64,000 bases of DNA from Octopus sinensis (Eukaryota): positions 26,288,001-26,352,000 of the forward strand of contig NC_042997.1 of NCBI RefSeq assembly GCF_006345805.1, read 5' to 3'. The first letter of the stretch is position 1. Every line of letters starts with the position of its first letter. The translations under genes were made by a program, and so were the position numbers. The notes under the pieces are model-generated. The model did not search any database. It had not been told where the DNA came from and saw only the letters and a program-made list of their open reading frames with translations. Of the stretch, positions 23,201-37,800 are shown piece after piece.

Positions 23201-26200
23201 GTGTTTGCTTTTCCTGCTGCTGACCTTTTCATAAACTTTTGTTAATCATTTTTGGTTTTTACTTGATTTATTTTCATTTAGGTATTTTCTGATTTTTGGC
23301 TGAATCAGAACTCTGCAAATGTCAACCAACTTGGTGTTTTGTATCAAAATGAGGTGAGTTTATTTATTTATTAATATTTTTTCATTATATTTGTGCATTT
23401 GCTATCTGAAGTTTGGTGAAAATTAGTACCTTAGAATTGCCAAATACACAAGGCTGAAAAGTGACCACATCTTGTATATGGTTAAATATACAGGTTTATA
23501 TATATTTAGTTATTTACTAAAATGTATTAAAATAGGCGCAGGAGCGGCCGTGTGGTAAGTAGCTTGCTTGCCAACTACATGGTTCTGGTTCAGTCCCACT
23601 GCGTGGCACCTTGGGCAAGTGTCTTCTACTATAGCCTTGGGCCAACCAAAGCCTTGTGAGTGGATTTGATAGATGGAAACTGAAAGAAGCCCATCCTATA
23701 TATCTATATATATATATGTGTATATGTTTGTGTGTCTGTGTTTGTCCCCCAGCATCGGTTGACAACCGATGCTGGTGTGTTTACGTCCCCGTAACTTAGC
23801 GGTTTGCAAAAGAGATCAATATGATAAGTACTTGGCTTACAAAGAATAAGTCCTGGAGTCGATTTCTTCAACTAAAAGGCGGTGCTCCAGGATGGCCATA
23901 GTCAAATGACTGAAACAAGTAAAAGAGTAAATATCTGTCCTGATGATGTCAATTGGCAGAATTGTCAGAGTGGAAGATTTTGCTTTGTGTTCAGGCTCTT
24001 TGCATTCTGAAGATAATGTCTGCTTTGACACTCAAGCGAAGTTCTATCATTTCTTATCTTTCCTGTGAGCAATAACAGTGACATAGTGAGGGGAGACTGG
24101 CATGCACAGACTACTGTTGATTTTTCAGCAAAAGTAAAGCCCAGGCCTGCATTCTGGGGAGTAACTTTTCTCAGCTTAAATCCAGTCTCAGAGGATTTTG
24201 AAACCCCAGGAAGATTAAAAGTGCATAGATACAGAGCGTATCTGCAAATGACATTATTCTTTTACTTGCTTCAGTCATTTGACTCTGGCCATGCTGGAAC
24301 ACCGCTTTTAGTCGAGCAAATCGATCCCAGGACTTATTCTTTGTAAGCCTAGTACTTATTCTATCGGTCTCTTTTGCCGAACCACTAAGTTACACTAACA
24401 ACCTCGCTCGAATGTTTTTTCATATGCCACTGGCACAGGTGCCAGTAAGGCGACACTGGTAACGATCATGCTCGAATGGTGCTTTTTACGTGCCACTGGC
24501 ATGGAAGCCAGTTAGCCGCTCTGGCAACGATCATGCTCAGATGGTGCCCTTAGTGCTCCACTAGCACGGATGCCAGTCATCAAATTTAATTTCGATTTCG
24601 CTTGCCTCAGCAGGTCTTCGCAAGCAGAGTTTAGTGTCCAACGAAGGAAAGGTTTGCATAACTCTATTTTATTCAGTCAGATGACTCTGTCAAAACTATG
24701 GAAGGATTGAAAGAACAGAAATGTTGGAGTCTGGCATTTGGATAGCACAAGCCTAATATTATGATTAGCCAATTGGTTATGTTATGAAAAATTATGTCCT
24801 GAATAACAAGATGACTAGAAGCTTTCTATCTTTCTCTTCCCTCTACTCTTTCTCTTTTCTCTTCACTTGCTCTCTAATCCTATACATTAATGCATTTTAT
24901 CAAGTGATAAAGAACATTTTATTTTTCTGTGCAATTACAATAACAACTAAATTCATTTGGGTTACTTTTGAATTCAGATTGACATTCTTTTATGTTCTTA
25001 AATTATTTTGTTTCCCTCTTTTGCTGCAGGAATTATATGTACCGACAATCAACCACATTCGAATAGCACGGGTGCTTGTAAAACATCTGCACTATTTTGT
25101 GAACAGTGCATTACCTCCAATATCATCACCGCCTTACTACCAACAGCTCCCCACATCAATTGATCAATTCAAAAAGTGAGCTGCCTCCAAATTTTTTTTC
25201 CCTCTTGTTAACTACCGTAAATCCTCGAGTATAGTCCGCCCTTGAGTATAATATGCAGGGTATTTTTAGGGGGCTGTACCTTTGAAAAATCTAAACCTTG
25301 TGTATAATACGCACCCCTTCTCTAACTTGTGTCGTGCGTAATTAAGCCAGCAGTACCTAGTCGAACAAACACTTCTGCGCATGCGTAATACAATAATGGT
25401 GATGTTCTTAACTGTTATATGGGAATGTAAATATGTTTGCAAATTGTTTTAGTTACATGTTATTCTGTGTTCTGAATACTTTTATTTTAATAAATGTTGC
25501 TTACTGCAAGTTATGTATGATTCTTTTATGACTTTCCGGGTTAGCTTAAGGTATTTTCGCACCTGACATCACAAAATGCATCTGAATAAACATTGCCAGA
25601 CAGCAAAGAGAGACTCGGACACTGCTTAGAAAATATTTTTCATTTTTAACCTCGTATATAGTACACACTAGGGATTTTGGCCTTTAAATTTTGGGAAACA
25701 AAGGGGATTATACTTGAGGATTTTTGGTAATTTCACAGTAATTTTGTGTGTTTGTATTTATTTATATTAATGTGTTGATGTTTATTTAAGAGCAAAGACA
25801 ATTCAGTTTTCAGTATAAAAAAAAAATCATATTCGTTTTGATTATGTATTTAACATTTTCGTTTTGTTAGTTAAATTCTCTCTTTTAATTACTAGGACTA
25901 CAGTTCTTGGAATCATTCAGAAGCGCCTTTATACATTTTTACGTCATGCTTTCCACTGGTGGCCACTGGATTCTTCATTTCGATTGGTAAGGTCATTTTG
26001 GGTGTATGTTTGTTTTTCTTTTAGCTGTATATAATTTTTTCTATTGATTTCATTGTTGCTTATCCCAGGCCATCCATAATTAAATAGACCTACAATGAAC
26101 TGCATTCTAGCCTTGACTATCACCTTTTCTTAATGCATAATGTATCTAAGACTACATTATCAAATGTTCTTTTTAGGTTGTAGTCTGGGGTATTTTCTTT

Positions 26201-29200
26201 GTGGTTACAATCCACAGGTCTACCTACAAGTTCAGGTGATCTCTAGACTTTTCAAGATGCACCAGGTTATTGCAAATAAAATTAGACTACAGTTCTTGGT
26301 CATAATACATGATATGAATAATGAAACCAGATTGAAAAAATTCCTCTATAAGGTTTATCATCTCTCAATATTTACAGTACTATGTCATGTTATCTTTGGC
26401 GTCCTTGTCGGTGACACATAAAAAGCCCCAACCGATTGTGGCCATTTGCCAGCCTCCTCTGGCCCCTCTGCTGGTGAAACGTAAAAAGCACCCACTACAT
26501 TCACGGAGTAGTTGGCGTTAGGAAGGGCATCCAGCTGTAGAAGCACTGCCAGATCAGACTGGAGCCTGGCACAGCCTCCTGGCTTCCCAGACCCCGGTCG
26601 AACCGTCCAACCCATACTAGCATGGAAAACGGACGTTAAACGATGATGATGATGATTAGTCATTTAGTTAGTCAATCAATCACCTAAGTTTGTCAAAGTT
26701 CTTGATTATACCCAACTTCTGTTGGTTTCTTTCTGTTTTCTATTCAGCTAATTTTTCTTTGTGCTTATTTTCTTCTATGACATTGTATTCCTACAGCTAT
26801 TAGAGACCTGGTTAAGTTACATTCAGCCTTGGCGCTATGTTAGCCAAACTAAGCCTAACTTACGGAGTAATAATGAAGAGGATGATAATGCAATTATACA
26901 AGACAGATGGTAAGTTCTTTTATATGTATCTTCACCCCATAGATATGTAACTGAAGGTAGATCTTGAGAAAGATTTGAGAAGACTGTTTTACAAATACTC
27001 TTTCTTGACAGATTAATTTTGGCATTGCCAGTTTTGGTACTGTTTTTTTTTTTTTTTTTTTTTTTTTGTAATTGTGTACATTTTTGTTGTCACCAGAGAT
27101 TTGGCCTTTGGTTACTCTGGGGATCAGATTCCTGATAGTGTCATTTGTTAATTCCTCACCAGACAATTTTCAATTGTCGTTAAATCATGCATTGTAAAAA
27201 CGTTTTTCTTTTTCTCTTTCCTTTAAGAAAGTATATCAACTGATTATTCATAGTTAAAAAAAACACACAAATTTACACACAATGGCCCAGTGATTAGGGC
27301 AGCGGACTCGCGGTCATAGGATCGCGGTTTCGATTCGCAGACTGGGCGTTGTGAGTGTTTATTGAGCGAAAACACCTAAAAAGCTCCACAAGGCTCCGGC
27401 AGGAGATGGTGGTGATCCCTGCGGTACTCTTTCACCACAACTTTCTCTCACTCTTACTTCCTGTTTCTGTTGTACCTGTATTTCAAGGGGCTGGCCTTGT
27501 CACTCTTTGTGTCACGCTGAATATCCCCGAGAACTACGTTATGGGTGCACGTGTCTGTGGAGTGCTCAGCCACTTACACGTTAATTTCACGAACTGGCTG
27601 TTCCGTTGATTCGGATCAACCGGAACCCTCATCGTCGTAACCGACGGAGTGCTTCCATATCAACTGATTGATGTCAGTCATCGTGGTTCAGTATATTTAA
27701 GTAAAGGTCATCATTATCAAGTTTATTTAACATCCATGTTCCATGCTTGCATAGGATGAACAGTTTACCAAGATCCAGTGGGCCCAAGAACTGCATTCTG
27801 CTCCGGTGTTTGCTTTGGCATTGTTTCTCTAGCTCTATGCACTTCCTGACACCAACCAACTCACAGAGTGTACTGGGTGCTTTTTCCATGCCACCAGCAC
27901 TTATGAGGTTGTTATGCAGTTTACAGGTGTATACACTATGGATTATAAATTAGAATTATAAATAGACAACTATCAATTAGAAAACAGTTATTGTTGCATT
28001 GTGAATGATATCAAATGGTAGCATCTGAAACAGTGACTAACTTTTTCGTCAGCTATTTGTTGGGAAATCAATTTACTTGACTTTGGTTGTCCCTATGAAA
28101 GTAGTCCCTGGATCTAATTAGAATTTTAAAAATATTATTTGCTAGAAATAGAGAATCTATTGGTTAAATGCTTTGAAATGTAGGTTCATCATGCTAAAAT
28201 TAGAAAGGTCAGTTTCAACAGCTGTTTTCTCTCTGTAGCTGCTGTGCAGTATATTACATTGTATAGTTTTTAATAGCATAGGTCCAAACCATTTTGGAGG
28301 AATAGTCTGTACCCATGATCTTTGCAGTACCTCTAAGACTGGTGAGTTGAATTGACATGGTTGATGCATCGCTTGAATATTTATAAATAGAAAGTGGTAG
28401 AAAAAAACAAGAGCAGAGTGGGCATTCTTGAAGAATGACATTTTTAGTGAGAGAATCTTTTCTCCTAATCATTAGTCATGATGGTTAATGAAAACTAGAG
28501 GAGTGGTGGGCTCATGTAAGTAAAGTAATGAGTGGAGGAGAGACAAGTTGTTTTTTGTTATGTTTATTATAATTTAATCTAATTTCAGGTACAGTTTTGT
28601 TGTTGATAACTTACTGTTCTACTCTGCAATTTTCCATCAAATTCTGCCACGTTTCTTCCGAATGGATCTTACTTCTCCCCACAATGCTTACATGATGTTC
28701 AGAATAACAAAGGTGAGCTTTGATACATGATGTTTTGTTTTTAATAAAATTAACCCTTTGACATTTAAACCGGCCATATCTGGCCCAAAATATTCTACCT
28801 GTTTTACATTCAAACTGACTGGATCCAGCCTCTTACATTAATCCTACAATGCCATGCTAAAAATAAGCAATAACATCATCAAAATCTCAAAGCTACAAGA
28901 TAATGCATGATTGATTTAAATCAACGTAAATAAATAAGCATTACACTTGACAAAATAATCTGAATACTAAAGGGCTAATGCATAGAAGTAGAATGATATG
29001 TTGGTAGGTAGGTATTGGGTATTGTATTTAAATTTCCACAATAAGTACAAAAGTATACTTACAAGAATATACATGATACTAAAAAGTACTATGTCATGTT
29101 ATCTTTGGATACTCAACATTCTTGTCAAAGCTGTGGCAATATGTTGATCTTCTTGTAGTAACATAGTGCACTTTATTTGGCACTTCCAGTGCCGCTGGAC

Positions 29201-32200
29201 TGGCTCCTGTGCAGGTGGCACATAAAAAACACCATTTGAGCATGGCCATTGCCAGTACCACCTGACTGGCCTTCATGTCAGTGGCACGTAAAACCACCCA
29301 CTACACTCTCAGAGTGGTTGGCATTAGGAAGGGCATCCAGCTGTAGAAACTCTACCAGATCGAGATTGGAGCCTGGTGCAGCCATCTGGTTCGCCAGTCC
29401 TCAGTCAAATTGTCCAACCCATGCTAGCATGGAAAGGGACATTAAACGATGATGATGATGATGTCCACACATGCTCCTTTATTTCAAACTGCAATTCACA
29501 CTCTTAAAATAAGTAAGGAAAGCAAGACAGGATAGTGGGTGTATATATATATATATATAGGTATAGACAAAGATTATAAATAAAATCCACGAATGCTGAA
29601 ACAGCTTATATCAGAATATGACATTCACTGTGTAACTGTCACAAAGATAATGCTCTTAGTTAGGTGGGTCTCAAAGGGGCATTAGCCAGCCCCTGAGGAG
29701 CACTGGCTGCTGTAGCAGTAGATGCAAAGTAAGGAGGCGTAACATCAGAGAGCCAGATGCTGAAGTGGGTGACTTGTTTTGGATGCAGTTTTGGTTATCT
29801 GAATGTGAAATAGCAGCATTTATTCCAAATGTAGTTTCAGTATTTCAGTGTGGATTTTGGTTGAGCTTTGTAAAGGGTTGATAATTGTTGGGGACTGAAG
29901 TATTTTCTGATCCTGGAAAGGAAAGCCGGTCATTTCTGATTCTGGGATTGTCTCGGTGAGATATCGTGGCCTCGTATTTATAGTGTTCTGGATAGATCCC
30001 TTAGGTGTGGAGCTAACTCTGTGGTACATTGTTTAAGAGTAATGAAAGGGACACTGATAGGGTCAGTGGCTGGTTTGAAGCAAAGACAGTTTCACCTTTG
30101 GCATGTAAGTATACATGTTGATGAGCTAGATGGAGTATAGTGTAAAGTGCTCCTACTTTAAAAAATTATGCAAGATTTTCTGAATGAATCAATATTTTAC
30201 AGTTTCATAAAAATTATAGGAAAATATATTTTATTTTATTCTTTTACTTGTTTCAACTAATTCACTGAGACAGTTTCTATTTATTTCGAACACCTCTGTT
30301 ATTTTTTAAACTTTCGATAATGATTTAGTCACAGATTTTTTTTGTAATTATAGCTACTTATGAAATCTTCATTAAACTAGATATTCTCTCTCTCTCTCTT
30401 TTATTTAATCATAAATGTAGCTATGACATATTTTATTAACCCTCATTGGTTAATTACCATATTCTTCAGTTATATCAGAATACTGAATGCAGTCTGAATA
30501 TTGTTTTTGTCCCTTTTTTTACCTCTTTCTAGGTGTTCAGCAATCCTAACCTTGTAGCTATGCTTCACAAAGGTTTGTGAAATACCCTTATTTTTAATTA
30601 TTCGGTTATTTATTAAGTCTGTATAAGGGTGTGTGTATGGGTATGTGTGCATGTAGATGTGTGTATTTGAGGGGGTGTTTATGTGAGAGAGTGTGCATAT
30701 TCCTCTTGCTTTGACATGTGCATGCTGATTGTAAACAAAAGTCACCTTCATACAAATGGTGTCATTTGTTTATAACTCCCTAGAAAAGCACGTCCAATGT
30801 TTGTTGTTTGGGAACAGATAGGGGTTGGCAACAGGAAAAACCCCCAGGTTTCATCAGACCCATGCAAGCATGGAAAAGTGGACATTAAATTGATAAAGCA
30901 AGAGTATAATGGCTGAAATATAATGAATGGGGTTAGAGGGTGGGAGATGTGGTAACTGAATAATTAATATCAATAATGAGTAATTTCGCTGTGAAGGAGT
31001 GAAGACTGACAATTCAGAATAGAGATGATGTATAGTGTATGGGATATAAATAGATTTTACACTGTCCTTTATACATAGGCCTCATGATGGATGAGAGAGG
31101 TAGAGTGGTAATGATTGGGGTGGTAGTGTTTTGGAATTGAGTGTGGATAAAACTAGTGCCATCCTTTGTTATTTGGTTGACGAGGAGTAGAGAATAGGAG
31201 AGAGGACAAGAGGGTCAGACAGATGAAGTACTGACCTAAGTCAGCATTGTGCAGTGAATACAAGAGATTCACTGTCATCTCAGATTATATAGGCAATGAA
31301 CAGAAGAGAGGATGTGTGGATTGCATGATAGAGATAATAGATTGTTAAGGAGGCAGGTGGGAGGGCAAATGTAGATTTGATGGGGACGTTATATACCAGA
31401 TACCCTACCTCCTAGCCTCCTTCACTACCTTCATTTTAATGTCAGCTTAGACAAGCATACCTGGGTGGAGTGAATTACCGTATGTTCCGTACATGGTCGA
31501 TGCCAGCGCCACCTTGACTGGCTCCAGTGCCAGTGGCATGTAAAAAGCACCAACTGATTGTGGCCGTTGCCAGCCTCCCCTGGCACATAAAAAGCACCCA
31601 CTACACTCACGGAGTGGTTGGCGTTAGGAAAGACATCCAGCTGTAGAAACACTGCCAGATCAGACTGGAGCCTGGTGCAGCCTCCTGGCTTCCCAGACCC
31701 CAGTTGAACCATCCAACCCATGCTAGCATGGAAAACAGACTTTAAACGATGATGATATTTACCATGGTCCTTTGTTATCTCTTGTCAGCATCTAGAACAG
31801 TTCAACTGAGGCTAGTTAGGCAGAGGATTGCACTAAGCTCCAGTATCTGCTTTGAAATGGTTTCTATAGTTCAATGGCCTTCCTTATGTCAACCACTTTA
31901 TAGTGTGTACTGGGTACTTTTCATGTGGCACTGGCATTTAGTGGGGTCACTAACTCGCAAGACAAGGAGTCGGGAGTGGAATTGAAGGAGGTGATTTATG
32001 CCTGACGATGAGAGGCTGAAATATGATAGGACAGAAACAGCAGTGTCTTGCCATGGAGAAGATCTGTGGTTTCCTTTAGTAACCTTACATTATGTATTTT
32101 TTATGTGGCTGGGAGTTTTCACTGTTATGCTAATGACCACAAAATTACTATTGTAATCTTAGTTATCACAATTATATTGTCCTATTAATTTAAATGATAC

Positions 32201-33597
32201 CATGATTGGAACCTGTGGGATATTTTAGACGTAGGAGTGGCTGTGTGGTAAGTAGCTTGCTTACGAATCACATGGTTCCGGGTTCAGTCCCACTGCATGG
32301 CACCTTGGGCAAGTGTCTTCCACTATATCCTTGGGAGTGGATTTGGTAGACGGAAACTGAAAGAAGCCCATCGGTTACAATAGAATGTATTGACATTAGC
32401 GAAAAAGATGTCCTACTAGCCATAGATGAAGTGGACACAAACTCAGCTGCTGGTCCAGACGGTTTCCCAGCCATCCTCCTCAAAGCGTGAAAGCATGCCC
32501 TGGCAAAACCCCTCAAGATTCTCTTCCAGAGCTTTCTTGCGAATGGCAAACTGCCAAGCAAGCTGAAGGAGGGAATAATATGCCCAATACATAAAGGGGG
32601 AGGTAGAGCAGATGCCAAAAACTATAGGCCTATCTCTCTGACTTCACACATCAGCAAAGTCATGGAACGGATAGTCAGAAAGAAACTAATCGCATTCCTT
32701 GAGGAAAATAACTTGCTGAGTAATACCCAGCATGGTTTTCGACCAGGTAGGAGCTGCCTGACCCAGCTCTTACAGCATTATGACTGAATATTAAACTTAC
32801 AGGATACACCGGTCCACAGGGAATTTCAATCCCAGAGCCTAAGTCTGTGAGGGACCTGGGTATCGACATGAGTGATGATACCTCTTTCCAAGTGCACATT
32901 ACCAGGATGGCGACAAAGTGCAGACGACTGGCTGGGTGGATCCTAAGAACATTCAGAACCAGAGATAAGGAAACCATGATGGTCCTCTGGCAGATATTCG
33001 TCCTCAGTCGTCTGGATTACTGCTCACAGCTATGGTCAACCACCAGTGTAAAATTAACAGCGGACCTTGAAGCAATCCAGAGAAGATTCACAAAGAAGAT
33101 CGTCTCTTTGCAACAGCTCAGCTACTGGGAAAGGTTGAAACAGCTAATACTCTACTCCCTGGAGAGAAGACGGGAGAGGAATGCAGTAATATATGTCTGG
33201 AAGGAATAGTGCCAAATTTTGGCATTGTAAGCTACACCAATGCTAGAATGGGACGACACTGCATAGTGCCAAAGATCCCAGCAATACCATCATGCTTCAG
33301 GACCAGCTTCTGCAACAGCCTGGGTTTCAAGGGCCCACAGCTTTTTAATATTCTCCCAAAGAGTCTGAGGAACTTGCACAAAGTAGATGTAGCGGTTTTT
33401 AAATCAAAGCTGGACATCTTCCTGTCAAGAGTCCCAGATGAACCTACCTCACGGCAAGAGGTGCAAATGAGAGTAGCTGTATCAAACTCCATTCTTCACC
33501 AAGTGCCACATATTAGACGAGGTTCGTCGTAATAACAGTGTGGCACAAAACGGCGGTGCATCAGCATGGCCGCAGCTCTGAGCTGAAACTAGAAAAA

Positions 33598-33628
<31 letters not shown>

Positions 33629-34817
33629 GATATATAGGTATATATATATATAGATATATAGGTATATATATATATAGGTATATAGGTATATATATCCATA
33701 TATACACATATACACACATTGCTTAAATATATACATTACTCTTACACACATTCAATCTACTCGCCATTAATACTACCACGACACTGGACACACACACACA
33801 CTACTACTCAACACACGCTGGCACGCTACATACGCCCCCACCCCTTCCCCTCCCTCCCTTCCTCTTTCCTTCTTTTTCTTACTACTGACCACTGTCTGCT
33901 TGCCTACCACTGTCTCGCCCTACCTCACACGCCTACACACAGACGCACACTAACACATACATATATTTTTTGTTTTTTTATCTCGCCTCACACACACACA
34001 TACACACACGCACACGCACACACTCACACATACACACACATATGTTGCGTTACCAACCTTGTCTCCACTCTTTGGCTTTAAAAACCTACTTTGCTCTTGT
34101 TATCGTAAACGTCCGCCTTTCACCATGTGTAACTCGTAAACACCAGTCGTTTTTTTTCTCTATCCCTGTTGCCCGCTTTGGGATCTTTCTTTCCTCTCTC
34201 TTCCTTCTTTTTATGTTTCCGACGAAGAGCTCCGCTCGAAACGTCATACCTTCCTGCTTCCATTCCTGAGCGCCTATTAATAATAATACTGTAATTGTTC
34301 CATTGTTGTTGTTTTTTTGTTTTCCCGTTTGGATTAAAATTATATATATATATGTGTGTATGTATATGTATAATGTATATATATATTATATTATATATAT
34401 ATATATATATGTATATGTGTATGTATATGTATATATGTGTATGTATATGTATATATGTGTATGTATATGTATATATGTATATATATATATGTATATATGT
34501 GTATGTATATGTATATATATATATGTGTATATATATATGTATATATATATGTGTAGATATATGTATATATATGTGTATATATATGTGTATATATATGTAT
34601 ATATGTGTATATATATATGTGTATATATATATGTGTATATATATGTGTATATATATATATGTGTATATATATGTGTATATATATATATGTGTATATATAT
34701 GTGTATATATATATATGTGTGTATATATATGTGTATATATATGTGTATATATATATATGTGTGTATATATATGTGTATATGTATATATATGTGTATATAT
34801 ATATATATGTGTGTATA

Positions 34818-34862
<45 letters not shown>

Positions 34863-37800
34863 ATATATAGTGTTATATATATATATATATATATAATATA
34901 TGGGTGGTATATATATGTGTATATATATGGACGCTAAATGATGATGATGATGATGATATATATATATTTATATGTGTTTGTGTGTCTGTGTTTGTCCCTC
35001 CAACATTCCTTGACAACCAATGCTGGTGTATTTACATCCCTGTAACTTAGCAGTTCGGCAAAAGAGACCGATAGAATAAGTACTAGGCCTACAAAGAATA
35101 AGTCCTGAGATCGATTTGCTCGACTAAAGGTGGTGCTCCAGCATGGCCACAGTCAAATGACTGAAACAAGTAAAAGAGAGTTAATATATAAACTGGCTTT
35201 TAACTTTATAATTTTATTGCTCTTCTCTTTCAGCTGAAGAGGAAATGTATCAACCAATATTCCTTCAAGCCAGTACATCCAGAGATATTGGTGGTAGCTA
35301 TTTGTCTCCTGATCACAGATTAAATGCTGCTCTCAATGTTCAAATATCAGAATTGGAGAGACCTGGATTCCAATACTTGCCACTGTTTGATCGAACTACA
35401 GTTGATACAGTAATCTAATTTTGTTTTTTTACATGTTACTTCATTACTCTTTTTTTTTTTACTTTTGTGTTGACTAAATACAATTCTGTGTTTATAGATT
35501 GCAGGTGGTCCCTAGTAAAACCTTATTAGCAGGTACTTGTTTGATTGGATTTATGGGCATCATCATGATCATCATCTTTAACCCTTTAGTGTTCATATTA
35601 TTCTATCAAACATAATGCCTATTGATTCCCATTGATTTCAATTAATCATGCATTATCCCATATCTTCAAGATCTTGATGGTGTAATTACTTAATGTAGAA
35701 TAACATTGTAGGGTAGGTGTGAGAGCCTGGATCTGGTCAGTTTGAACATAAAACAGATTAACTATTTTGGCCGGATATGGCCGGTTTAAATACTAAAGGG
35801 TTAATTGACTTCCATTTGCCATGCTGGTCTGGGTTGGACAGTTTGATTGTAGCTGGCAATTTGAAGAGCTGCCTCAAGCTCCAATTGTCTGTTTTGGCAA
35901 GGTTTCTATGGCTGGATACCCTTCCTAACACCAGTCACTTTACAGAGTGTACTAGGTGCTTTTTAAGTGGCACCATCATCATCATTGTTTAACGTCTGTT
36001 TTCCATTTCTAGCATGGGTTGGACGGTTCGACAGGGGTCTTGGAAGCCAGGAGGCTGCACCAGCCTCCAGTCTGATCTGGCAGTGTTTCTACAGCTGGAT
36101 GCCCTTCCTAACGCCAACCACTCCATGAGTGTAGTGGCTGCTTTTTACGTGCCACCGGCACAGGTGCTGGGGAGGCTGGCAATGGCCACAGTCGACAGGT
36201 GCTTTTTACGTGCCACCGGCACAGAAGCCAGTCAAGGTGGCGCTGGCATCAGCCACATTCAGATGGTGCTTTTTACGTGCCACTGGCACAAGTATTACTA
36301 CTACAATTTCCATTTGATTTTTTGATGTTGATGTACTTGACTCAATAGGTCTCCTCAAGCACAGCAGGTTGCCCTACAATCCAAGGTAGCACAGCAGGTT
36401 GCCCTACATCTCAAATGATTTTTACTTGGTACCAGTCTGTTGTGTTACATGACTTAAATCCATCATCACTAAATCTAAAGCCCAACATCTTAATGATTTC
36501 ATACCCTCTCTAGTCTCTGTCTTTGAGCACTGCGTGAACCACGTGATTTTAGTCCCTGCTCCAGGCACCTCACACTGCTCATTTCAGTCTACACCCTATG
36601 TTACATATCTCTTCAATCCACACTCCGAGCACTATACTTACCACATCACTTCAATCCTTGTTCCAAAGACCATACTGATTGCATACTCTAAGCACCGTGA
36701 ATGCCACATGAATTCAATCAATGCTCTAAACTCTATATTATCATAATGCTTCTCACCACACTCCTCATTCTAATTTCTCTGGGTGATTATTTATCTTAGT
36801 CGTTAATTAACATAATGCAATCTACAAAATCTGATTATTGTTATTTCATCATCATCATCATTTAATGTCCGTTGTCCGTGCTGGCATAGATTTGACGGTT
36901 TGACAGGGCTAGTAAGCTGGAACGCTGCACCAGACTCCAGCCTGATTTGGCATGGTTTTCTATGGCTGGATGCCCTTCCTAATGCCAATCATTCCAAGAG
37001 TGTAATGGGTGCTTTTGTGTGACTCTAGTATCTGCCATGACTGCGATATTACTCAGCTTGATGGGTCTTCTCAAGCACGACAAAATCCCAATGGTCTTGG
37101 TCATTGCATCTGTGAGGCACAACACTTGAAAGGAACTCAGCCACTCTGCCTCTGTGAGGCCCAACGCTCGAAAGGTACTCAGTCACTTGGCCTCCTTGAG
37201 GCCCAATGCTCTAACAGTGCTCTTTATGTGCCACCAACATGGGTGCCATTTACATGACACCAACATCAGCAATGACTACAATTTCACTTGGTTTGATGGG
37301 TCTTTTCAAGCACGGTATATTGCCAAAGGTCTCACTAGTCATTGCCTCTGTGAGGCACAAAGTTCAAGAATCATGCTTCACCACATCATTCCATGTCTTC
37401 CTGGGCCTACCTACAGATGTTTCCTCAACAATTATAGATCAGCACTTCTTTACACAACTGTCCTCATCCATATGTATCATATGACCATACCAGTGCAGTC
37501 ATCTCTCTTGCTCACCACATCTGATGCCACTTATACCTACCTTTTCTTTACAGACACTTACACTCTGTCAAATATGCACAGACATTGCACATCCAATGAA
37601 GCATGATAACATCATTTCTTTCAAGCCTATGCATGACCTCAGCTGTCACAGCCCTTGTTTCACTGCCATGTAGCATAGATGTTCGCACACAGGCATCATA
37701 CAATCTGCTTTTTACTCTGAGAGAGAGACCCTTTGTTGCCAGCGGACGTAGGAACTCTCTGAACATTGCCCAGCCTAATCTTATTCTTACAGCTACGCTC

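Noticed and set aside
34295-34937. Long ORFs rich in Y/I/C/V/M (and similar ORFs at 3331-3722, 8749-9159, 55772-56260, 58805-59048, 62091-62381)
   Set aside because: Translations of microsatellites; no splice or homology support
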